From contig JARRQT010000154.1 in NCBI GenBank assembly GCA_037381445.1, forward strand, positions 1 through 14,843: 14,843 bases of DNA, given 5' to 3'. Shown here in pieces: positions 7,788-13,973 of this stretch. Made by a program: the position numbers and the translations under genes. Position 1 is the first letter of the stretch. Each line of letters begins with the position of its first letter. The notes below the pieces were generated by a model, which was not told the origin of the DNA, did not search any database, and saw only the letters and a list, made by a program, of their open reading frames with translations. This DNA is from Calditrichia bacterium (GTDB lineage Bacteria; Calditrichota; Calditrichia; RBG-13-44-9).

Positions 7788-9326
7788 ATGAGAGGTTTTC
7801 GTACGGTTCTGTCTGTCACCCTGGCGCTGATGCTGGCGGCTTTCCTGCCCCTGTTTGCCGGCGGTCCCAATGACGATTGTCATTTCAACCCGGACTCCCT
7901 GCAGCTGGTGACGGTGAGCGGGGTGGCGATTGTAGATACCATCTCGGATGGTCACTATCTGTATTATCTGGATGAAAATCTGGACGGCCAGGCAGATTAT
8001 TTCCTGAATTTCGGGCCCTACTGGTACCAGCCGGACAGCAGCACGGCCACGCGTCCCGCGGACGGTGATACCATCACGGTTTACGGCGGTCTGCATGAGC
8101 CGGTTTTCAATGAAGGGGAACTCCCCGTGATTGTCGTTTATGAAATCAACGGCCAGTACTGGCGGGAGCCGTTCCATCCCTTCTGGTCCAACATGGGACG
8201 TCATTTCGGCCATTACCTGCGGAATAAGTTCCACTATGCTTTTGGCTGGCTGAAGGATTCGCTGGAGACAGTGAATCTGCACGGTGTGGCCATGGTTGAC
8301 TCCACTTTTATTTTCGATCACTATTTTCTGGATACCGATGAGGACGGCACACCGGACTACATGCTGAATTTCGGGCCGCCCTGGTATGAACCGGAAAGCG
8401 GCGCTGCCCGTCCGGCGGACGGCGACACCATTGACATCGTCGGCGGGGAATTGCCTTTCGGATCGCTGGATATGGTCATCGTTTACGAGATCAACGGAAT
8501 GGAATGGCGGGACAGCAGCTTTTTCGGGCCTAATTTCGGCGGGCAGTGGATCCACCGCAACATGATGACCGGCCGTTATTTCCATGCCGCGTGGGACAGC
8601 CTGAGCGGCATTTGGGTGAATCCCGGCTGGCATTTCAATCTCGGCCCAATCGGCGATATGCTGCCCGATTCGCTCTTCTGCCAGATGCTGCAGCTTTATC
8701 CCGAGAATATGCCCGACGGCGGCAAGCAGCACGCTTTTGCCGGTTTTGAAATCGGCGTGTTCGGCCCCCGCGGCAATAACCTGATGAACATGAGCGGTAT
8801 GATGGGCGGCCAGTTGAAATTCAACAACCAGGTGCAGGTACAATTCCGCTTTACCAATCAGCAGGTTGAGGGAATGAACCGCAATGCCATTCAGGTAAAA
8901 GCCTGGAATTCGGAAACCGAAACCTGGGAGACGGTGCCGGATGCCAGCATCAACACCACGGACAACACGGTCAGCTTCTCATCCACAGCGCTGAGCAGCT
9001 TCTACATTCTGACCAGTGAAGCGAACACAACCAGTGTGACCGGTGAAAAAACACAAATCAGCGAGGCGTTTACATTGGAACAAAACTATCCCAATCCCTT
9101 CAACCCGACCACCAATATCAGTTTTCAACTGAGCAGCGCGGCACAGGTGCGGCTTGCCATTTACAATGTGCTGGGGCAGAAAGTGGCCGAGCTGGTCAAC
9201 GGAAAACTGAATTCGGGAAGTTACAGCTATGAACTGAATGCCGCCAACCTGAGCAGCGGAATCTATTTCTACGAGCTGAGCGTGAACGGCAACAGCAAAA
9301 TCCGCAAAATGAATCTCATCAGGTAA
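7788..9326 (+). CDS. Secreted protein with two tandem ~90-aa repeats, a Met/His-rich middle region and a Por/T9SS-type-A C-terminal domain
   Basis: Strong RBS and signal peptide ending LFA. Internal repeats. C-terminal LEQNYPNPFNPTTNISF...IYNVLGQKVAELV...LSSGIYFY...KMNLIR. Confidence 0.9.
   Translation: MRGFRTVLSVTLALMLAAFLPLFAGGPNDDCHFNPDSLQLVTVSGVAIVDTISDGHYLYYLDENLDGQADYFLNFGPYWYQPDSSTATRPADGDTITVYGGLHEPVFNEGELPVIVVYEINGQYWREPFHPFWSNMGRHFGHYLRNKFHYAFGWLKDSLETVNLHGVAMVDSTFIFDHYFLDTDEDGTPDYMLNFGPPWYEPESGAARPADGDTIDIVGGELPFGSLDMVIVYEINGMEWRDSSFFGPNFGGQWIHRNMMTGRYFHAAWDSLSGIWVNPGWHFNLGPIGDMLPDSLFCQMLQLYPENMPDGGKQHAFAGFEIGVFGPRGNNLMNMSGMMGGQLKFNNQVQVQFRFTNQQVEGMNRNAIQVKAWNSETETWETVPDASINTTDNTVSFSSTALSSFYILTSEANTTSVTGEKTQISEAFTLEQNYPNPFNPTTNISFQLSSAAQVRLAIYNVLGQKVAELVNGKLNSGSYSYELNAANLSSGIYFYELSVNGNSKIRKMNLIR
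7893..8510 (+). repeat. Intragenic tandem domain duplication (7893-8165 and 8256-8510)
   Basis: Both copies read DSL..V...GVA.VD...Y.LD...DG..DY.LNFGP.WY.P.S...RPADGDTI...GG...VYEING..WR. DNA identity is visible (ctgaatttcgggcc, gcggacgg, gtttaYgaRatcaacgg). Confidence 0.9.
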
Positions 9327-9360
9327 GATGAGAGAACAGCTTTAAATTGCTGCAACCCGG

Positions 9361-9395
9361 AGGCCGGAATTCTTCATTGATTCCGGCCTTTTTTT
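9361..9395 (+). terminator. Rho-independent terminator of the 7788 gene/cassette
   Basis: AGGCCGGAAT-9 nt loop-ATTCCGGCCT followed by a T tract. Confidence 0.9.
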
Positions 9396-9407
9396 ATTTT
9401 ATGCAAT

Positions 9408-9434
9408 AAAAAAGGCGGTTCAAGAAACCGCCTT
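9408..9434 (-). terminator. Rho-independent terminator of the trxA-grx-groES operon
   Basis: AAGGCGGTT-CAAGA-AACCGCCTT preceded by an A tract on the + strand. Confidence 0.85.
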
Positions 9435-9461
9435 CAGGTTTGAAACAAATGTGTTTACCCG

Positions 9462-9734
9462 CTATCCCTTCACAATCGCCAGAACATCGGAACGCTGCAC
9501 AATGAGATAATCATTTCCGTCCAGTTTAATTTCGTCGCCGCCATACTTGGCAAACAATACTTTGTCGCCTTCCTTGAAGGTTTCTTTCAGATCTTCGTCG
9601 GTGCCCACGGCGATTACGGTCCCCATACGCGGTTTTTCCTTGGCGGTATCGGGAATAATAATAGTACCGACTCTCTGTTCCTCTTCTTCCACCACTTCAA
9701 TCAGCAGTCGATCATCAATCGGCTGAACTTTCAT
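9462..9734 (-). CDS. groES: Co-chaperonin GroES (short form, 90 aa)
   Basis: QPIDDRLLI, mobile loop GTIIIPDTAKEKP, GTVIAVG, GDKVLFAKYGG, DVLAIV. AAAGGAGG RBS. Confidence 0.93.
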   Translation of the reverse strand: MKVQPIDDRLLIEVVEEEEQRVGTIIIPDTAKEKPRMGTVIAVGTDEDLKETFKEGDKVLFAKYGGDEIKLDGNDYLIVQRSDVLAIVKG

Positions 9735-9754
9735 ACGTATCCTCCTTTAAGGTT

Positions 9755-10003
9755 TTAATCTCTGAGACCAAGTAAACTATTTATTTTAGGTTTATCAAAT
9801 CCGACGATGGGCCGGTTGTTTATCAGAATAACCGGAACGCCCATCTGACCGGTTCGCCTCATCATATCCTGCGCGGCGCGCTGGTCGCGGGAAACATCGA
9901 TTTCCTTGAAACGCACCTTTTTTTCGATAAAATAACGCTTTGCCTGCCTGCAGAAACTGCAGGTGGGCGTGGTAAACAGAATGACTTTCGCTGTCTGTGT
10001 CAT
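9755..10003 (-). CDS. Glutaredoxin/NrdH-like protein (YruB type)
   Basis: CSFC active site, GQMGVPVI cis-Pro motif, IVGFD. GGAG RBS. Confidence 0.9.
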   Translation of the reverse strand: MTQTAKVILFTTPTCSFCRQAKRYFIEKKVRFKEIDVSRDQRAAQDMMRRTGQMGVPVILINNRPIVGFDKPKINSLLGLRD

Positions 10004-10018
10004 CTTTCCCTCTCCTTC

Positions 10019-10360
10019 TTAATTCTTGGCAGCACCCTGCATGTAATATTTCAATTTATCAACAATCTGCGGTTTGGGGGCGGCGCCCACAATCTGATCG
10101 ACCATCTTACCATTCATAAAAATCCCCAGGGTTGGGATACCCATAATCCGGTATTCCATGGCGGTCATGGGATTGTCATCCGTATTCAGCTTGGCGACTT
10201 TCAGAAAACCGCTGTATTCCCCGGCGATCTCTTCCACCACGGGGGCAACGATTCTGCACGGCGCGCACCACGGCGCCCAGAAATCCACCAGCACCGGAAC
10301 CGTCGATTCCAGAACTTCCTTTTTAAAATCTGCATCTGTTACTTTGATCGGCTGAGCCAT
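10019..10360 (-). CDS. trxA: Thioredoxin
   Basis: VLVDFWAPWCAPC, GIPTL, IVGA. GGAGG RBS. Confidence 0.95.
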   Translation of the reverse strand: MAQPIKVTDADFKKEVLESTVPVLVDFWAPWCAPCRIVAPVVEEIAGEYSGFLKVAKLNTDDNPMTAMEYRIMGIPTLGIFMNGKMVDQIVGAAPKPQIVDKLKYYMQGAAKN

Positions 10361-10378
10361 TTTACTTCCTCCATTTTT

Positions 10379-10564
10379 CTATTTCAAAATAAGATAACGA
10401 TCCGACTCTGATGTTCGTTCCTGCCACTTCAGGATCATGCCGCATTTTTCGCATCTCCATAATGGCAAATTGCCGCAGCAGCCAGGATAAAACCGCATCT
10501 GCACCTCACAGCGCGGACACAACTGTACGAACGGATCTTTCTCTTTTTGCTTATTATTTTCCAT
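10379..10564 (-). CDS. Small Cys-rich zinc-ribbon-like protein (61 aa)
   Basis: CPRC...GCCG...CEKCG. Ends 18 nt upstream of trxA on the same strand. RBS is weak. Confidence 0.6.
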   Translation of the reverse strand: MENNKQKEKDPFVQLCPRCEVQMRFYPGCCGNLPLWRCEKCGMILKWQERTSESDRYLILK

Positions 10565-10598
10565 CTGTTTTTATCATACCTCTTAAAAACGCATATTT

Positions 10599-10625
10599 GA
10601 TGACAGCAGAAAGGAAAAGGTTACA
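10599..10625 (-). promoter_or_regulatory. Candidate ECF-sigma-type promoter for the redox/groES operon
   Basis: Minus strand TGTAAC-17 bp-CATC, resembling AAC/CGTC-type ECF promoters, about 35 bp upstream of the first ORF. Confidence 0.4.
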
Positions 10626-10771
10626 AGAGTTAAAAATCATTTTGCAATTTATTTCCGGCCGGATATTGGGGAACGGTGGAGCCGTCCGGCGGAAGCCCGG
10701 GAAACAGCCGTGAAAGGAAGTCCCGCATTTTTTATCTGATTACCGGCTATGCTCACAAAAAACAGTTTAAG

Positions 10772-10876
10772 GTCATTCCGGGGGAAGCCATTGAAGTAAG
10801 CCAAGCGGAGGAATTCATTTGTTTACAAATATTTCGCGATGTCGTCCGTCTGCTGACGGACTTTACTCGAGACGAC
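10772..10876. repeat. Degenerate GTCATT-type palindromic repeat element with a nested perfect hairpin
   Basis: GTCATTCCGGG...GAGGAATTC at left, CTCGAGACGAC at right. Internal GTCCGTC-TGCT-GACGGAC (10844-10861). Confidence 0.45.
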
Positions 10877-10971
10877 AATCACGCCAAGTATCAAATAGAT
10901 AATATATTACTATAACCTGAGTCCGACATAATCAAGGAGTCTATTAAATCACATTAAAAGCTACTCCCAAA

Positions 10972-11132
10972 TGCCATTCCCAGTCTACCCCTGCGGGGCA
11001 TGACTTTGGCGGAAATCCACTGCAAAAGAATCGCAATTTGTTCTTCCCTGATGCGCTGGATTCCCCTGGACGGACCACTTCGTGGCGGCAATCCCCCGCA
11101 ACAAGTGCGGGGCAGGCTCTGCCGGAATGACA
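10972..11132. repeat. REP/MITE-like palindromic element (GTCATTCC...GGAATCC / GGATTCC...GGAATGAC type) with nested hairpins
   Basis: Outer inverted repeat TGCCATTCC (10972) / GGAATGACA (ends 11132). Inner pair GGAAATCCA (11011-11019) / TGGATTCCC (11057-11065). Nested CCCC-TGC-GGGG and CCCCGCA-ACAAG-TGCGGGG (11094-11112). Confidence 0.65.
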
Positions 11133-11212
11133 ATTTTGCTCGGTCGAATTCTCAGTCCAAAATCACGTTACGAAAATAATTTTGCTCCGGAAGGAAAAAT
11201 CATATCTTTCAT

Positions 11213-11240
11213 AAAAAAGGCCCCGCCGGTGACGGGGCCT
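11213..11240 (-). terminator. Rho-independent terminator of the peptidase gene
   Basis: AGGCCCCG-7 nt-CGGGGCCT preceded by A6 on +, 11 nt past the stop codon. Confidence 0.88.
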
Positions 11241-11251
11241 GTGCAGAAAAA

Positions 11252-12484
11252 TCAGTCTTTGAATTTGGCGACGATATCTTTGACCAGACTCTTGGGAACC
11301 ATTACGTTCATTATTTTCAGTTTCACATAATCTTCATTGTAAAAATAATAACCGGGATTCTTGCCGTTGCGGGAGCCGCTTCCGGAGTCTTTGATGAGAT
11401 ACCAGTCCTTGCCGTTCTTCTCCATATAACCCACCACATGAATGCCGTGGTCATCGGTGGTGCTGCCGTTGCTGAAACGGAACTGACGGGCATTTTCATC
11501 GATGTATTGGGAAGGAATATCGAAAGTGGGCACCACCGCCACTTCCGCGTGGGAATCGTAGCCGGCCTCGGACACATCGCCGCCGATGCAGGCGGTATAA
11601 CCCTTGCGCACCGCGGTTTTCAGGATTTTCATAAAATCGTCCAGCGGCACATTGTAGTAATCCTTGCTGTGCCACCAGTTATCGGGCACTTCATATTCCA
11701 CTTTGTGATAATACGGTTTTTCCATGAGGGACATGAAATCCACATAATCGTCCAGATCAAGGCGGACCACTTTCGCCAGATATTCTTTGGGGGTCATCTG
11801 TTTCCCGTTCACTTCCACGGTTTGGGGTGGTTCGCCGATATAATGATTGAGGATGGATTTAATGGTGGCAACCACTTCATCCTCGTTCCAGGCGTTATTG
11901 GCCTTGACGGAATGCAGGTAATCCAGCATTTCTTTGTATAACGCGCGGTGGTCATGCACCTTTTGTCCCGGCTGCAGGCCGGTGTAGGCGGATTCGGGAA
12001 CAATCCCGTATTTTTTCCAGATGCGGATCACGGCGTTGGCTTCCGAACCTTCCCCGAATTCCGAATCGCCGCGCTGTTCCACATATCGTTTGGCCTTCTC
12101 CACATACTCCCAGTAGACCGTGTACAATTCGGACAGTTTAAGGTCCTGTGTGGTCAGACGATGCACTTCCGACTCGAAATAGGAAGTGGTGGAGAAGCAC
12201 CAGCACATGCCGGAAAGGCCCTGGGAAATGGGCGGGTTGTGCCAGTACTGGGTAAATTCATTGACCGAAGTCGGCAAATCCATGCCGGTAAAATCCATTT
12301 TGAAAGTGAGTTCCTTCTTTTCCGGCTTTTCGCGAAATCTGTTCGCTTCGGCCTTGAGACTGTCAAAGAACTCGTTCTTGTATTCAATCATCTTGCCGTG
12401 GTCCCGCTTTTCCACCTGGGCAAACAAGGCCTGCGTGGAGAAAAACAGCGCCAAAATCAGAAAAAACGAAGTCGTTCTTTTCAC
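11252..12484 (-). CDS. Exported papain-clan C1 cysteine peptidase (aminopeptidase C/bleomycin hydrolase-like)
   Basis: QGLSGMCWCFS (oxyanion Gln and catalytic Cys), LSE, YGIVP, DVSE, TTDDHGIHVVG (His), WYLIKDSG. GTG start at 12484 with AAGGAG 6 nt upstream; signal peptide ending ALFA. Confidence 0.9.
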   Translation of the reverse strand: MKRTTSFFLILALFFSTQALFAQVEKRDHGKMIEYKNEFFDSLKAEANRFREKPEKKELTFKMDFTGMDLPTSVNEFTQYWHNPPISQGLSGMCWCFSTTSYFESEVHRLTTQDLKLSELYTVYWEYVEKAKRYVEQRGDSEFGEGSEANAVIRIWKKYGIVPESAYTGLQPGQKVHDHRALYKEMLDYLHSVKANNAWNEDEVVATIKSILNHYIGEPPQTVEVNGKQMTPKEYLAKVVRLDLDDYVDFMSLMEKPYYHKVEYEVPDNWWHSKDYYNVPLDDFMKILKTAVRKGYTACIGGDVSEAGYDSHAEVAVVPTFDIPSQYIDENARQFRFSNGSTTDDHGIHVVGYMEKNGKDWYLIKDSGSGSRNGKNPGYYFYNEDYVKLKIMNVMVPKSLVKDIVAKFKD

Positions 12485-12698
12485 TTCATTCTCCTTTCTC
12501 AATTTTCCGTACGTTAACAATATTATCCCCTTATATCGGATTCTGCACAATTAAAGGAATGTTTTGCCGAAAATCAATCAATTCAAAATTTTTATGGGTG
12601 ATGCAAATACATCAAAAACAAAGAACAATCCGGGAATTCGCAGATGGAGAAACGCCGGATTCGGCCCTGAAAAACAGATTCAAATTTTATAAAAATAC

Positions 12699-12727
12699 TT
12701 GATTCCCCGGAAAGGCCGTGTTATATT
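12699..12727 (+). promoter_or_regulatory. Sigma70-type promoter of the tRNA pair
   Basis: TTGATT-17 bp-(TGn)TATATT, 12 nt upstream of tRNA-Gly. Confidence 0.75.
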
Positions 12728-12739
12728 TTGCCTGCTTTT

Positions 12740-12812
12740 GCGAGAGTAGCTCAGCTGGTAGAGCCTCACGTTGCCAACGTGATTGTCGCGGGTTCGAGTC
12801 CCGTCTCTCGCT
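12740..12812 (+). tRNA. tRNA-Gly(GCC)
   Basis: Acceptor GCGAGAG/CTCTCGC with U73, D-arm GCTC-AGCTGGTA-GAGC, anticodon arm TCACG-TTGCCAA-CGTGA, T-arm GCGGG-TTCGAGT-CCCGT. CCA not encoded. Confidence 0.97.
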
Positions 12813-12819
12813 CAGAGAG

Positions 12820-12853
12820 GAAAGGTACTTGGATGACAAGTACCTTTCTTTTT
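12820..12853 (+). terminator. Terminator-like hairpin between the two tRNAs
   Basis: GAAAGGTACTTG-GATGA-CAAGTACCTTTC (12 bp perfect stem) followed by TTTTT. Confidence 0.65.
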
Positions 12854-12861
12854 ATAAGGAT

Positions 12862-12947
12862 GCCCGGGTGGCGGAATTGGTAGACGCCAGGGACTTAAAA
12901 TCCCTTGGGTGGTTTCACCCGTGCCGGTTCGAGTCCGGCCCCGGGTC
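12862..12947 (+). tRNA. tRNA-Leu(TAA)
   Basis: Acceptor GCCCGGG/CCCGGGT, anticodon arm AGGGA-CTTAAAA-TCCCT, long variable arm GGGTG-GTTT-CACCC, T-arm GCCGG-TTCGAGT-CCGGC. The discriminator reads C, not A. Confidence 0.92.
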
Positions 12948-12953
12948 CGGCCC

Positions 12954-12991
12954 AAAAAAGCTGATCAGCGCAATGCCGGTCAGCTTTTTTT
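12954..12991 (+). terminator. Terminator after tRNA-Leu (possibly bidirectional)
   Basis: AAAAAAGCTGA...TCAGCTTTTTTT with a partly paired inner stem. Confidence 0.8.
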
Positions 12992-13100
12992 ATTTGTGAA
13001 GCAGGAATAAAATTTTGCGGGGCTGGTTTTTATTAAGGCAAGATCCGGGAGTGACTCTTCACATAAGGCACGCTATCGGGTTGCCGCTGCGGCTTTCCAG

Positions 13101-13127
13101 AAAAGCGGGTTAGGGGAAAACCCGCTT
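13101..13127 (-). terminator. Hairpin, likely terminator for the NifB/NifX-family gene
   Basis: AAGCGGGTT-AGGGGAA-AACCCGCTT with a short T run on the minus strand, about 90 nt past the stop. Confidence 0.5.
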
Positions 13128-13213
13128 ATTTGGCTGAACTATTGAGATAATGGACAACCCGCAGTCGGCGCGATATAACGCTTTCGCTGCGGGAAACAAC
13201 AAAGCGCCCGATC

Positions 13214-13591
13214 CTAAAACTGGGCAAAAATCCTTGGTTCTTCCTCCGCCTGCTGCCGGCTATGAATCCGTTTCTGATAGCTTTTCATGTTATTCAGCAG
13301 CGGCAGAATGTTCCCGTAATAGCCGTCGTAAATCCTGATATGTGCGGATTCAAGCTGTTTTTTCGCAGCCATTGTGCATTTGCCGGTCACCAGCACATCG
13401 ATCCTGTTTTCAATGAGGAGGTTCACTTCCGCCGTCACCCCGCTGCCGGGCTCTTCAACGGCGGGGTTGGGAAGGGACTTAAAATCCTTTAGACTGCTCA
13501 TATCCAAAATCAGAAAATGTTTTGTTTTTTCGAAACGCGGTTCAATCCGCGCAAATAAGTTATCCCCCGTTGAAGAAATGGCGATTTTCAT
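13214..13591 (-). CDS. NifB/NifX (dinitrogenase FeMo-cofactor-binding-like, COG1433) family protein
   Basis: MKIAISSTG...I.PRF....FLI.D, NPA, IDVLVTG...A...LESAHIRIY pattern. AGGAGG RBS. No nif genes in the window. Confidence 0.85.
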   Translation of the reverse strand: MKIAISSTGDNLFARIEPRFEKTKHFLILDMSSLKDFKSLPNPAVEEPGSGVTAEVNLLIENRIDVLVTGKCTMAAKKQLESAHIRIYDGYYGNILPLLNNMKSYQKRIHSRQQAEEEPRIFAQF

Positions 13592-13732
13592 AATTTCCTC
13601 CTATGATTCATCAATTAAAAAGCCCCTCAAATTTGGCGCGCATGCCATGACTGGCCCGGTGAAGCAGACATCCATTTGATTCCCTAAAATCACTTCTCAG
13701 CGCTCAAATCATTTGTCTCTTTCCCGAAGCAG

Positions 13733-13773
13733 AAAAACAGAGGTTTGACATCTCCGAAAAAATATCAAACCTC
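13733..13773 (-). terminator. Terminator-like hairpin downstream of the radical SAM gene
   Basis: Minus strand GAGGTTTGATAT-10 nt-ATGTCAAACCTC (one G-U pair) followed by TGTTTTT. Confidence 0.6.
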
Positions 13774-13973
13774 CCTCCCACTTCAAATATCTGTTTTCAA
13801 CTTTCAGGAACTTAACACATTTGACTTATAAAAAATATAGGTACAATTCCAATGATTTTGTAAGAATTTGTCAAGTACCGGCGCCCGGATTCAATCAAGT
13901 TGTTAATAATATTGAAGTTCTTTCCCTGACGCAGACCTCGCTTTTTTATTTTAGCCTAACGGCTCACATTTCT

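Noticed and set aside
10772..11132. CRISPR array or autonomous IS element
   Set aside because: No regularly spaced identical direct repeats and no transposase ORF.
10676..11330. Short plus-strand ORFs 10676-10915 and 11082-11330
   Set aside because: They run through palindromic repeats and a terminator, with no RBS or motif support.
12718..12999. 93-aa plus-strand ORF
   Set aside because: It is a translation of the two tRNA genes.
13214..13591. Nitrogen fixation inferred from the NifB/NifX domain plus NifA-like activator
   Set aside because: Both families are widespread in non-diazotrophs, and no nifHDK or related genes are present in the window.
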